Positions 5,257-15,807 of a stretch of 64,000 nucleotides of DNA are shown here, piece after piece (position 1 is the stretch's first letter; each line of letters begins with the position of its first letter). Position numbers and translations under genes: made by a program. The stretch spans positions 124,001-188,000 of IMG/VR virus record IMGVR_UViG_3300027749_002876; one strand, written 5' to 3'. The notes beneath the pieces were generated by a model. That model was not told the DNA's origin. It did no database searches and was given only the letters and a program-made list of their open reading frames with translations.

Positions 5257-6438
5257 TCATATAGCTATTATATTAGGTGGTAAACTATTTTCAATCTTTC
5301 CTATCAGGTACTGGTGTCTAAAAGTAACTAATGCATCTGGAACTCCCGCTTGGGTAAAGTATACATATTTTGGTATAGTCTTTACTAGATGCTGAATTCC
5401 TCGTTTCCAAATTTCTCTCTCATTTGAGAATAAAGCTGATTTACGAAACCAATTATCAAACTCAGTATTCCACCAAGCAGTAGCTTTGTCCGTCTGAAAC
5501 CAAGTGTTATCCCAAGTAGTATATATTATATTACGCAACCATTTTTCGTGATATTTTCGGCGAGTATACATAGAAGTGTTGATCCAAAATCGCTGTTTAC
5601 CTGGATTTTTTTCTAACCATCGTTTAATAACATGTGCCTGTTTACACATGATATCTGTCGCATCCTTACTCCAGTAAAACAATTCAGTTGTTACATTTGT
5701 ATAGTCTCTATTAAAATCGTTTATTGTAGTAATATTAGCAGTGGCGTCGTTAAAAAACAAATAAAAACTAGTGTTATCAATGTTGGATATAAATGTTTTT
5801 GGTTTATCTACTCCTACAATAATAGCAACTTTCAAGTTTTTATCAAATTGTTTTTTCATATTTCCAAAATGAAAGTAGTTGTATCTAAATAATTGACCAA
5901 CTGACAAATGATCATTTTTATGTAGGACCCAATCACCATCGGTACTTGTATTCAACTCACTCAAAACATTATTACTCACATCTAATACAGTAATTTTGGT
6001 TTTAGGTAATTTTTCAGAAATATATTTTAACCGCGGAATTGCTTGTAATTCATGTTCGGCTGAAAAGTTCCAACTTTCTTTAAACTCTGTGTCTAATACA
6101 GTTGATTTTTTGGTAATTTCGCTTATATGATTAGTTACAATTTCATCAATATGCAAACCCTGTCTGATGAAACTTTCTAATATGTTGTTTGTATCGGAAC
6201 CCCCGCTATAACTTAAAATAATATAATCATATTTTTCTCTAAGTTGTCGTGTTCTTTTATCGTATAATTGGTCTAAACTCTCAGATGGTTCAATATGCCA
6301 TAGGTATTTTGAAAACGTATCTTGATTAAACATCCATTCAATGGGTTTATCTACTGTAGTGCTATAGATACAAGCATCAATTTTTGATCCAAAATCAATG
6401 CCGTTGCAACGGTAGTAACTAAGATCCGTGTTAAGCAT
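5257..6438 (-). CDS. PP-loop protein
   Basis: LSYSGGSDT motif; GVDKP. Confidence 0.7.
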   Translation of the reverse strand: MLNTDLSYYRCNGIDFGSKIDACIYSTTVDKPIEWMFNQDTFSKYLWHIEPSESLDQLYDKRTRQLREKYDYIILSYSGGSDTNNILESFIRQGLHIDEIVTNHISEITKKSTVLDTEFKESWNFSAEHELQAIPRLKYISEKLPKTKITVLDVSNNVLSELNTSTDGDWVLHKNDHLSVGQLFRYNYFHFGNMKKQFDKNLKVAIIVGVDKPKTFISNIDNTSFYLFFNDATANITTINDFNRDYTNVTTELFYWSKDATDIMCKQAHVIKRWLEKNPGKQRFWINTSMYTRRKYHEKWLRNIIYTTWDNTWFQTDKATAWWNTEFDNWFRKSALFSNEREIWKRGIQHLVKTIPKYVYFTQAGVPDALVTFRHQYLIGKIENSLPPNIIAI

Positions 6439-6682
6439 CTATTTTTCCCACATCAGTAATATCTTTTCCCCAGCCGGAGCGATTCCAAACCCGTTCGTGG
6501 AAGAAATATAAAGTGCTATTAACTATAGTAGTAAGGCTAGCTAATCCTAAACCAAATACTATACTACCCGTAGTGTAATAACCAATAATAAAATATTGAA
6601 AAATAATTAACAGTCTCCAACTAATCATTTTTGCTAATGAGCGTGGTATCTTTTCTTGAAATTTTGATTTTAAACTATTCAT
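6431..6682 (-). CDS. DUF2061-like small membrane protein
   Basis: RSLAKMISWR...YFFHERVW pattern. Confidence 0.7.
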   Translation of the reverse strand: MNSLKSKFQEKIPRSLAKMISWRLLIIFQYFIIGYYTTGSIVFGLGLASLTTIVNSTLYFFHERVWNRSGWGKDITDVGKIDA

Positions 6683-8130
6683 GTTATATCCTTATTAATG
6701 TAATCAATAGGTCGGGATACTAAAGAATAATTATTTAATACCTCGTAGCCTATTTTTGGACCGGCATGTTCAGTCATTTGTTTATTGGTGTGTAATATAG
6801 TAGAATAAACCGTTTTTCGATTTTGTGACTTTGCAATTATATCAACACATGCATGTAATTGCTTATGTATGCCATGTCCTCTATGCTGATTGTTTACATA
6901 TGCCAATCTAATAAACAGAGAGTCTAGATATGATGCACTATGATAAAATATACCTGCAATAATTTCAGTTCCTTTTTTGAGTAACACACCACCATCTATT
7001 GAATGCGGCTGTGGTCTATTTAAATAATCTGCTGTATCCGTTTGGTATAATTGAAACATTTTTTCATATTCAGCAACTAGCATAGGATTAGAATGACTAT
7101 ACAATACAAAGTCATAATCTAAATATTTTTCGCTAGGGGCTATACTTACATTGGGTTCTTCAATTACTTTATCGGTATTTTCTTTAAATTCTGCGTTCAT
7201 CGAAACAAATCTAGCATCCTCACCGTACATCCATTCGCTATAATCTTTATATGTGGATCTAGAATTTTCTAAAAAGTCTACAAGATCCCAGTAGGGCACT
7301 GATACTTTTGTTTCCTTAATCATACAGGAATCTTTGAACCAGCTAGGATATGTTTCGTATCCGCTTAATTTACCATACCATAATATATCATTTTTAAAAT
7401 GTCTGGCCTTCATCATACCTTTGCCGTAGTAATTCCAATAATTGCCGGGCTTTAAAATAGAACCATAAGAGAAAGACAATTTATTTTCATGGTAATATTG
7501 AATTGAGTTACAAAATGATTTTACAAAATCATCAGTATAATAACTTGCAATTGATTCCGGGCTATATGGGAAATCAATAACTTTTCTACTCTTGCCCATC
7601 ATTCTAAAACGCTGTTGCATTGTTTCAAAATAATTACAGTATATCGACATTTTAGCTGTGTTACTACCAATAATCTCAGGATCGTTTGCACCTTGAGTAA
7701 TGATAGGGTAATCTCCGTCTAGTTGTTGGCTAAGCCACTCAAACGGATAATGAAACATGGAGAATGGGTGCTCTGTTTTACTACGTTCTATCCATTTCTC
7801 TTTATGTTCATCTAAGTTAATATCAACGATTCTAACTTTAAATCCAAAGAATTTTTCACATTCACGGACATGTGCTAATTCAACATCACTATGACCGACT
7901 GAGTTTAAAAAAACATATTCAGCATCTACACCCATATCTAAAAATGTTCTAGCTATGACTTGACTATCGACACCCGAGCTAAACAACACATATACTTGCC
8001 CATATGTGTTCTTAATCTGCACAGCATCATTATTTGCTTCAGTTCGGAAATCAGAAAAATTTCTATCCGGAGCTTGATATCGGACAATACATTGTTGTCC
8101 TTCTAATCTATATTCTAACCCTTGTTTCAT
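6679..8130 (-). CDS. PP-loop protein fused to a C-terminal GNAT acetyltransferase
   Basis: VLFSSGVDS; C-terminal YVNNQHRGHGIHKQL acetyl-CoA motif A. Confidence 0.7.
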   Translation of the reverse strand: MKQGLEYRLEGQQCIVRYQAPDRNFSDFRTEANNDAVQIKNTYGQVYVLFSSGVDSQVIARTFLDMGVDAEYVFLNSVGHSDVELAHVRECEKFFGFKVRIVDINLDEHKEKWIERSKTEHPFSMFHYPFEWLSQQLDGDYPIITQGANDPEIIGSNTAKMSIYCNYFETMQQRFRMMGKSRKVIDFPYSPESIASYYTDDFVKSFCNSIQYYHENKLSFSYGSILKPGNYWNYYGKGMMKARHFKNDILWYGKLSGYETYPSWFKDSCMIKETKVSVPYWDLVDFLENSRSTYKDYSEWMYGEDARFVSMNAEFKENTDKVIEEPNVSIAPSEKYLDYDFVLYSHSNPMLVAEYEKMFQLYQTDTADYLNRPQPHSIDGGVLLKKGTEIIAGIFYHSASYLDSLFIRLAYVNNQHRGHGIHKQLHACVDIIAKSQNRKTVYSTILHTNKQMTEHAGPKIGYEVLNNYSLVSRPIDYINKDIT

Positions 8131-8138
8131 AGCTATAT

Positions 8139-8807
8139 TTATATGTATTCCGGTGGTGCTAAAATCTTCTTTAAATACCCAGTAACTTCATTTATATTTT
8201 CAATTGTTACTACATCTTTTGCATTTTGAATAACATACTTAGTGCTAGGTTTCCACCAATTATTTTTTGGTAAAGTTAACATATCCTCATAACAAATCTC
8301 TAAAGGATTAAATCTATTTGTTACCATTTCTGTGTTTTTATCACATTGGTCTAATATATACAATGCATCGTCAATCAATGCGTTAGTTACCCTTATACTT
8401 TTTTTGTTTATTGTATTATGTAATTCTAATGTATTAAGTGCTATTAATAAACTCCAAAATGTATCTCGTTTGTTTTTTCTTTTTAAAAGAATATATTGTA
8501 AATCTTTCTTTTCAAAAAAGTCACATATAGGTTCAGTAAGTAAATGCAGGTGCGTTTTTACTGATATTGCTTTATGTTTTTCTAAAAACATGTCAAATAA
8601 ATCAAATCGATAATCTAAATCATTAGCCGCAGTGGTTGAATAATTATATTGTATTCCTGTATCTAAATTTACACTTTTTATACCACAATACATAGTAAAC
8701 AATTCACTTAAATTAAATTGAGGTAAGCTATCTTGTATCCAAGTGCTACCGCTTCTGGGATGGCTTAAGATAACAATTGGTCGTGTTATGTCAATAGTAA
8801 ATGCCAT
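8139..8807 (-). CDS. sulfotransferase-like protein
   Basis: SHPRSGSTW 5'-PSB loop; LKRKN...S; ICYED. Confidence 0.7.
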   Translation of the reverse strand: MAFTIDITRPIVILSHPRSGSTWIQDSLPQFNLSELFTMYCGIKSVNLDTGIQYNYSTTAANDLDYRFDLFDMFLEKHKAISVKTHLHLLTEPICDFFEKKDLQYILLKRKNKRDTFWSLLIALNTLELHNTINKKSIRVTNALIDDALYILDQCDKNTEMVTNRFNPLEICYEDMLTLPKNNWWKPSTKYVIQNAKDVVTIENINEVTGYLKKILAPPEYI

Positions 8808-9364
8808 GGGTCTTTTATAAATCTAAAACTAATTGTAATACGAACTTCATTTGTGTCATTGCTAATAGCATGCGGAACAGTGTTATTCATAAGTGTTGGA
8901 TTATTTAAAACATACCTATCAATTTCTTTCAACTTGGATTCTGCATAAAATATATAAGATCCTTCAGATGGATCAGGAAGAGGTATATACTGTTTTGGAC
9001 CGCTTAGATATTCATAAAATATCACCGGTGTTTCATTATAGTTTTGTATTCCAAAATTTAAACTTAAACAACCTGAAGTATCACCTGATTCGGCCGGTGG
9101 TTCTATATTTCTATCTACATGAGCATCTCTTTCTCCTGCCCCGGGATGTACAACTATATAACAAACCTTTTTTAAGTTGTCATTTAATTGTATTGATGTA
9201 AGATAGTTAACTGCGCTAGTGCAATTTGCAAAAAACTTGAGTAAGTCTACACTCCATAAACCTGTTGGTTTGCCCTCACAATAAGGTAGAATAAAATCTG
9301 TTAATTCTTTATGTATTTCTTTCAGATTTGGTATATCTAATTGCTTATACGTGATGTAGGTCAT
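8786..9364 (-). CDS. 2OG-Fe(II)/cupin oxygenase-like protein
   Basis: AHVD...NTVPHAI...RITISFRF. Confidence 0.65.
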   Translation of the reverse strand: MTYITYKQLDIPNLKEIHKELTDFILPYCEGKPTGLWSVDLLKFFANCTSAVNYLTSIQLNDNLKKVCYIVVHPGAGERDAHVDRNIEPPAESGDTSGCLSLNFGIQNYNETPVIFYEYLSGPKQYIPLPDPSEGSYIFYAESKLKEIDRYVLNNPTLMNNTVPHAISNDTNEVRITISFRFIKDPWHLLLT

Positions 9365-10062
9365 TTTATTAAATGCTGTATATCTTCAGTGCCGTTAATA
9401 GAAATCATAAACGTATATCTGTCGTGTTTACTAAAATTTATTACAGCGTGTTTAAAGCCAGTATTTAAAAAATATGCATTACCCGGAATAAATGTAACGC
9501 ACTCAACATTATTTTTAACCCAGAATAGATTAACACATTCACTATCCGCAAATATAGGAATTATAATACGTACTGCGTAGCTAGGATCATAGTCAATATG
9601 TGGTGAAATACTTGTGCCTGCACCTAATTTAACTAAACGAATTCTAGTAGGTTTGCCTTTAAACTTTTCAATTATTTTGTCAAATATAGGTGCATATCTA
9701 TTATAGGTATCATTTTTTACAGTATATGTTGATTCATTCAATACACTATTTTCATCAACCACCAAAGATTGTTTGTATCGGTATCCACTAGTATGTAATG
9801 TATCATGTATTACTTCGCATTCATCTATTGTAATAAGCTTATTTTCATTTATGCTATCAGTTAAACCAATTTGAAAAAAGTTGTCGTAAACTGATTTAGC
9901 TAATTCATGGTGTACACCGCACAACCCTTTATTAACTTCTAATACTGATTTAAATTCATTATTCAGTTCAACTATACATTTTTCTAATTCGGATAATAAC
10001 AATCCATCTAAACACAAATGGTCTATTACACTATAAGTAGGTAATCGATATTTTAACTTCAT
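9361..10062 (-). CDS. aspartyl/asparaginyl beta-hydroxylase-like 2OG-Fe(II) oxygenase
   Basis: RIRLVKL...ISPHID...RIIIPI...NTGFKHAVIN...R. Confidence 0.75.
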   Translation of the reverse strand: MKLKYRLPTYSVIDHLCLDGLLLSELEKCIVELNNEFKSVLEVNKGLCGVHHELAKSVYDNFFQIGLTDSINENKLITIDECEVIHDTLHTSGYRYKQSLVVDENSVLNESTYTVKNDTYNRYAPIFDKIIEKFKGKPTRIRLVKLGAGTSISPHIDYDPSYAVRIIIPIFADSECVNLFWVKNNVECVTFIPGNAYFLNTGFKHAVINFSKHDRYTFMISINGTEDIQHLIK

Positions 10063-10766
10063 TTGATGCTCAATAACTTATGAAAATGGCCGCCCCAATC
10101 AGCCCAGTGTCTAAAAGAGGGGTTAGCTGGCTGGTCGTGATGATTCTTGTGCCATCCTTCGCCTCCATTTAAAAAACCTAATAGGGTTACATTAGCTGGT
10201 CCATTTTTATCATGGCAAAACACATTTACTAAACTTCCACCCATCCACATTAATATAGCAGGTACTACAAGAATCATCCAATAATATTGAAACGGTAATA
10301 ATATCAAACCTATGATATGAAGTGAATGTAATACTTGAAAATAGTATTTGTGTTGAAAGACATACAACGGCTTTCTAAGTAAGTCTGGAACATATTTGAT
10401 AATGTCTTTATCATTATTTGACATTTGCCAATATGACCTAAATCGACCCATTACAATTGGGCTGTGTGGATCTTTTTCTGTATCACTATATCTGTGATGT
10501 TTTCTATGTACGCCTGCCCAAGCAATTGCAGATGATGTTGCACCCAACCACGATAACATTAATAATATTTTTTCAGCTAGTGGATGTATTGAATTTTTGT
10601 GTGATACAGTCCTATGAAATAACATGGTCCCGCACAACCCCACGTATACTATTTGTGATAATATAAGTGTGGGGACAGTTACATACCATGGGAATAAAAA
10701 TAATCCCACTATAAATAAAATATGCAAGTATACTTGCGTTGTAATGAGTTTTTGTTTGTAGGTCAT
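10059..10766 (-). CDS. fatty acid (delta-9-like) desaturase
   Basis: His boxes HRTVSH, HRKHH, HKNHH. Confidence 0.88.
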   Translation of the reverse strand: MTYKQKLITTQVYLHILFIVGLFLFPWYVTVPTLILSQIVYVGLCGTMLFHRTVSHKNSIHPLAEKILLMLSWLGATSSAIAWAGVHRKHHRYSDTEKDPHSPIVMGRFRSYWQMSNNDKDIIKYVPDLLRKPLYVFQHKYYFQVLHSLHIIGLILLPFQYYWMILVVPAILMWMGGSLVNVFCHDKNGPANVTLLGFLNGGEGWHKNHHDQPANPSFRHWADWGGHFHKLLSIK

Positions 10767-10778
10767 ATTATTATTTAT

Positions 10779-11309
10779 TCACAGCTTCATAGTTAGTAAC
10801 CATTGTTCAACTCCGTTAAACATTACCGGTTCATTAGATGCAACAAAAGTGTGATTAGGGAAAGCTTTAGGTAAAAGATATCTTTGATTTAAAACAAACA
10901 ATGTGTAATTATAATCATTAAACGAAATAATAACGCTATCACAATTTAAATTTTTGGCTCTTTCAATTTGATATGTAGTATTATACATGTGAGTATAAGA
11001 TTTGACACCTAATCCTTTATGTCTGTTGTCAGCATTAGAGAACCCACGAAATACTGCTTGATACACTTTGTTACCTTCAAACTCTCTAATCATTCCACCT
11101 GTTGCCGTCCAAAATTTATCATTTACATATAATAATTGATATGTATCAATTTTCTCATCTCTAATTAAACTTAATAAACTCCATGGATGAAGAGTGCTAT
11201 AGTTTTCAGGTATATTTTCCCCAAATTTTTCAATTAACGCCAACTTCAATTTTATAGTAAACTCACTTTTATTTTCTTTGGTGAGTGTAACCATTTCTAC
11301 CTTATCCAT
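10779..11309 (-). CDS. hypothetical, possible GNAT fold
   Basis: RHKGLGVK motif; weak. Confidence 0.5.
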   Translation of the reverse strand: MDKVEMVTLTKENKSEFTIKLKLALIEKFGENIPENYSTLHPWSLLSLIRDEKIDTYQLLYVNDKFWTATGGMIREFEGNKVYQAVFRGFSNADNRHKGLGVKSYTHMYNTTYQIERAKNLNCDSVIISFNDYNYTLFVLNQRYLLPKAFPNHTFVASNEPVMFNGVEQWLLTMKL

Positions 11310-11310
11310 A

Positions 11311-12807
11311 TTAAAATTTCAAATTAGTATGCTTCTTCAATAATTCTATTGCCCTAGCTCTTTCAAACGAAGGACCAACATCAAATATTTTTAATTGATT
11401 AACTGTTTTATTTTCTATGTCATCATCTGAAATACCCATATGCCACGCAGTTGGTAATATCCAACCACCGGCTCGTCTTTTTATATTAGATATATTATTT
11501 AAGGTAATTCCCAATTTATGAGCGGCTGGCATATCTATGAATTCATTTTTCCAATGTATGAAGTGACCCGGAGCTCCGGGAATTACGGGTATTTTATTTA
11601 CAACCTCATATCCAAATTTTTCAGGATTATTATCTATTTCACTTGCACCTTTACCATATTTGTCAATATACATACCGAGGCCACTGAAGTGCCAACTAAC
11701 ACAAAATTCATCTTGATTTTTTATCATGTATGTTAGTGTTTTGTATTGATTATCAACCGTGTCATGTGGTAATCCTACAATGAAACTAGCTTCTAGTTTT
11801 ACATTAGTACGTTGTCTGAACAGTTTAACTGCGTCTGCAACTCTGTCAAAATCCATGCCCTTCTTTACAGCTTTTCTAGATTCGTTGTTCATACTTTCCA
11901 TACCCAAAAACCCACCTGACACACCTAACGCTTTCATTTTGTCAATCATTTCAGGTTTAGTTGCCAGTAGTTCAGGCTTAAGATATGACATAAATTTAAA
12001 ATCCGGTAACTTAGCCATATCAATTGCTCTATGTAATCTATCTAGTTTTTCCATGCTATCATTAAAGGTGTCATCCATTAAAATATATCGTGTTGTACCA
12101 AACTGCTCATAATTGCGTCTTAATTCTCTTGCTAAACTTTCAGGTGTTCTTTGATAGCTATCATAATCTTTTGCCCCTTGAAAAGGATGACTGCAAAACG
12201 AACATCTAAATATACATCCACGTGCTACTTCTAATGGCACAGGTTGATAAGATAAAAAATTATCTTCTACATCAAGTACAGTTTCAATTTCATCCGGATT
12301 CATAATTTTATGATTGATATCACTCTGTACTACTTTCTTACCATTATCAGTATCTACAAAATATTTTAATCCATGATTTGGTTTGCCACTGAATAAGTCT
12401 AATAGTTTAGTATAAGATATATCACTAAAACCCACTAGAACCCAGTCACAATTTCTATATACAATTTGAGAACCCTTGACCCATGGACCACCTGGTCCAC
12501 CGCATACAAATTTTACATGAGGGTATTTAACACGCAAGTCGTTAAAAAACTTATCATTAATCCAATTAATATCAGATTTTTGATATCCATCTAACCACGC
12601 AATACTAAAACCCAACATCAATGTTTTTTCGGTTACTACACTGTCTAACAATGTTGTTAATTCATCCCAAGACATTGAAGGTGCTGTATCTATAACAAAA
12701 GTTTCATAACCATATTTTCTTCCTTCTGTTCTTAATCTATAACCGGCTAATATCCTACCACCAATCAAATGTCTATTACCGCCTATAAAAATTGCATCAT
12801 ATTCCAT
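11311..12807 (-). CDS. radical SAM protein with a putative N-terminal cobalamin-binding-like domain
   Basis: EVARGCIFRCSFC (CxxxCxxC), DDTFND, GMES, FIVGLP. Confidence 0.85.
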   Translation of the reverse strand: MEYDAIFIGGNRHLIGGRILAGYRLRTEGRKYGYETFVIDTAPSMSWDELTTLLDSVVTEKTLMLGFSIAWLDGYQKSDINWINDKFFNDLRVKYPHVKFVCGGPGGPWVKGSQIVYRNCDWVLVGFSDISYTKLLDLFSGKPNHGLKYFVDTDNGKKVVQSDINHKIMNPDEIETVLDVEDNFLSYQPVPLEVARGCIFRCSFCSHPFQGAKDYDSYQRTPESLARELRRNYEQFGTTRYILMDDTFNDSMEKLDRLHRAIDMAKLPDFKFMSYLKPELLATKPEMIDKMKALGVSGGFLGMESMNNESRKAVKKGMDFDRVADAVKLFRQRTNVKLEASFIVGLPHDTVDNQYKTLTYMIKNQDEFCVSWHFSGLGMYIDKYGKGASEIDNNPEKFGYEVVNKIPVIPGAPGHFIHWKNEFIDMPAAHKLGITLNNISNIKRRAGGWILPTAWHMGISDDDIENKTVNQLKIFDVGPSFERARAIELLKKHTNLKF

Positions 12808-13669
12808 AACTATTATTTTTTTCTATTAATTTAAAATATTCATGGTTGCTGGAGCCCCACCATTTTTCTTTCCAACTATTAACTAATTGGATATCGGGGT
12901 GATTGAATATAGGACTTTGTTCTACTATTTCATACCCGTGTTTCTTACTACGTTGTTCTAACTTAAATTTATTTTGATTATTGTATACATGTACTTTACT
13001 TGAATAAGAACCCGTTTTACCAGGTATAATATTATTTATTAATTGTTGCATTGTCGGGTCTGTCAAAAACGCAAAAAACTGTTCGGAAGTATAACTTAAA
13101 AAGAAAGGAGTCCCGTATATGTTGTTGTTTTTAAAGAATTCAAATTGAGTGTAAACCGGTTCTATTTCATCCACATACCATTTGCCATCAGTATGTAATA
13201 GTAAATGAGGATTAGAATCACCTGTAATTACAGTGCCGTCGATCTGAGTAGTAAGCCACAAATTACTAGGAAGCTGATATGCGGCTATTTTATATTCTGT
13301 TGCAATTTTTAAAAATTCACCCGATTCAACAAACTTGTCATAGTCTAAATCAATAACAACAGGTGTAATACTATTTTCATCACAATACTTAAATGCATAT
13401 TGAGTTTCATGGTGATTATATTGTGTACGCATAATTACTGGAGTAATTGGCATACCCAAAGATTTAAATACAGCTAATGCATATTCACTATCAAGTCCAC
13501 CGCTATAACACAAAAACAAGTTACCTTGCTTTTGTGACCATACTATTTCTGCTACATTAACTGTTTCTTCATAATAGGAACTAATGGGTCTAACAGGACT
13601 GCTTATTTCAACATTCCATGTAGACCCATTGCCACTACTTTGTAAGTAGTTAGAATAAAGTAACTTCAT
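12797..13669 (-). CDS. PP-loop protein
   Basis: LCYSGGLDSE motif; C-terminal KKHGYE. Confidence 0.7.
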   Translation of the reverse strand: MKLLYSNYLQSSGNGSTWNVEISSPVRPISSYYEETVNVAEIVWSQKQGNLFLCYSGGLDSEYALAVFKSLGMPITPVIMRTQYNHHETQYAFKYCDENSITPVVIDLDYDKFVESGEFLKIATEYKIAAYQLPSNLWLTTQIDGTVITGDSNPHLLLHTDGKWYVDEIEPVYTQFEFFKNNNIYGTPFFLSYTSEQFFAFLTDPTMQQLINNIIPGKTGSYSSKVHVYNNQNKFKLEQRSKKHGYEIVEQSPIFNHPDIQLVNSWKEKWWGSSNHEYFKLIEKNNSYGI

Positions 13670-13674
13670 TAGTG

Positions 13675-14220
13675 TTACGGTGCTACTTTACCAATCGCTG
13701 TAACAACTGCGGCAATACGACCCACTGCCATCAATTCTTGCGTAGTCATGCCTTCAGCCTTTAGAGTGTTATAGTGTGCTTTAACACAGAAATGACATTT
13801 ACCAACAATACTTGCGGCTAATGAATACATTTCGAATTTCTTCTTAGATACACCACCGTGAGTAGCATACGCATTCATACGTAATCCTGCAGGTAAACCC
13901 TTCATGCCTTCATCACCTGCCATTTCAACGAATGGATACCATATATTGTTTTGACCCATGAGACTTGCGGCTGACTTTGCGGCTTCACGTTCTTCTGCAC
14001 CCATTAGTGGCCCGTTCATTTGAATTTCAAATGCTAGTTCACCGTTTCCTGATGCAATAGCGGCTGCTAATGCACAAGCATGTGCATCAATCAAATCTAG
14101 ACCACTGCGATTAATAACCGCATCTAAATTCAACTTAATGTCTTTAGAATGATCTGGTATAGATTCTTTTATGTTTGCAACCCAGTCGCCTCCGATTGTG
14201 ATTGGATTGATTTCATTCAT
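13675..14220 (-). CDS. ahpD: alkyl hydroperoxide reductase AhpD
   Basis: KDIKLNL, NNIWY, SIVGKCHFCVKAH CxxC motif; adjacent to ahpC. Confidence 0.9.
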   Translation of the reverse strand: MNEINPITIGGDWVANIKESIPDHSKDIKLNLDAVINRSGLDLIDAHACALAAAIASGNGELAFEIQMNGPLMGAEEREAAKSAASLMGQNNIWYPFVEMAGDEGMKGLPAGLRMNAYATHGGVSKKKFEMYSLAASIVGKCHFCVKAHYNTLKAEGMTTQELMAVGRIAAVVTAIGKVAP

Positions 14221-14756
14221 AGCGTTGCGCCACCGATAGCACGATTACATGGGCATAGTTCGCCAGTTTGTAATGCGTCTAATACACGCAATGTTTCTTC
14301 TGGGCTACGACCAACGTCTAAGTTGTTAACTGTGATGTGTTGGATAACATTTTGCGGATCAACAATGAATGTTGCACGTAGTGCCGCACCTGCCGGAGCA
14401 TAGAATACTCCTAACTGATTAATCAAGCTACGCTCATCACGTGCTGTGTCAGCAAATTGATTATGACTAATTTTTGCTAAGTCTGGGTGTGCTTTTTGCC
14501 ATGCTACTTTACAGAACTCGTTATCTGTTGAACCTGTTAACAATACTGCGTCTCGGTCAGCAAAATCACTTGCTAGCTTATCAAATGCTACGATTTCTGT
14601 AGGGCATACAAAAGTAAAATCTTTTGGATAGTAAACGATAATTTTCCATTTACCTGTAAAACTTTCTTCTGTAATTGGGAAGAATGCATCTTCCGATTGT
14701 CCTGGTTTAACACCTGTTAATACAAATGCTGTTAATTTATCACCGACTGTTTTCAT
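14217..14756 (-). CDS. ahpC: peroxiredoxin AhpC
   Basis: YPKDFTFVCPTE, GRSPEETLRVLDALQ, LCPCN. Confidence 0.95.
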   Translation of the reverse strand: MKTVGDKLTAFVLTGVKPGQSEDAFFPITEESFTGKWKIIVYYPKDFTFVCPTEIVAFDKLASDFADRDAVLLTGSTDNEFCKVAWQKAHPDLAKISHNQFADTARDERSLINQLGVFYAPAGAALRATFIVDPQNVIQHITVNNLDVGRSPEETLRVLDALQTGELCPCNRAIGGATL

Positions 14757-14826
14757 AATTTCTCCTTGTGTGTAGTCTGTATGAGTATAACATACTCAGC
14801 ATTATTTATACAAGAAAAAGGGTGAA

Positions 14827-15126
14827 TTAATCTTCTGCTGGGATTAAACCATTACTATGTTTGTCTGATGTTTTTTCAACATCTTGGAATAGACGTTTTT
14901 CTTGCTGTGTTAATTCATTAAATGTCTTGCGAGGATTACCGCACATCAGACAACCGGGTTGACCGCAATCCATAGCATGGTGTTTTGCTAAACGATGTGG
15001 CTCTTTGATTGTTTTGTCGTAAAAGCCTAAACCATGCTGTTTAGCAATACGAACTTGTCTTGCGACTGCTATATCATTTTTATGACGGCGGCGACTGTTT
15101 ATAAATTTTGCGATTTCGTTGCTCAT
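14827..15126 (-). CDS. hypothetical basic protein with CxxxxCxxC
   Basis: DCGQPGCLMCGNPRK. Confidence 0.65.
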   Translation of the reverse strand: MSNEIAKFINSRRRHKNDIAVARQVRIAKQHGLGFYDKTIKEPHRLAKHHAMDCGQPGCLMCGNPRKTFNELTQQEKRLFQDVEKTSDKHSNGLIPAED

Positions 15127-15138
15127 ACTAATATTTTA

Positions 15139-15807
15139 TCAGATATCTATAAATTTGTCAATACAGTATTGAGTTTTATTTCTCCAATGTATCAATGATT
15201 CACGTGAGAAATTATTTGTATCAATCTCTGTAAATATACTTATCTTAGATATCAATTCTTCAACATTTCCTTTAAACAACTCTTTCCAAGAGATGAATAA
15301 CACATTAGGCATGTTTTCTATTTTGGTAAATTTTGATTTCCAAGATATAGCCCCATGTTTAATAGTTCTCGGGGTTTGTTTCATAAAATTATGTTTTATT
15401 GGATCATATGTATCTACTACAAACTTACCATAAAACACTGTTGCGATTTCTGAAATATCATCCAAATCATAAGTTATTCGTATAGACCTTTTAAAATTAT
15501 CATTAATTAAATTTATATCGGTAATGTGTGAAGGTGTATAATATGGTTTTTCTGCGGTATCTCGCAATAGTCCTGATAATATAAAATTTATTTTTTCAAT
15601 ATCAGGGTCTGGTATTCCGGCTGGATGACCAGATATATCTCTCAAATTATGCTGATGTGCATTCCCATGTTCACTGAGTTTAATTACAGTTTTTATATTT
15701 CTTTTTGCACTTATTATAAAATGACATAAAAAATTCCCACCAGTACCTGCCATATACGTAATAGGAATTATATCTTCATTGGGAAGCATGTCTTTGTTTA
15801 TAATCAT
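15139..15807 (-). CDS. hypothetical, sulfotransferase-like P-loop
   Basis: YMAGTGGNFL N-terminal motif; ISWKELF. Confidence 0.5.
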   Translation of the reverse strand: MIINKDMLPNEDIIPITYMAGTGGNFLCHFIISAKRNIKTVIKLSEHGNAHQHNLRDISGHPAGIPDPDIEKINFILSGLLRDTAEKPYYTPSHITDINLINDNFKRSIRITYDLDDISEIATVFYGKFVVDTYDPIKHNFMKQTPRTIKHGAISWKSKFTKIENMPNVLFISWKELFKGNVEELISKISIFTEIDTNNFSRESLIHWRNKTQYCIDKFIDI

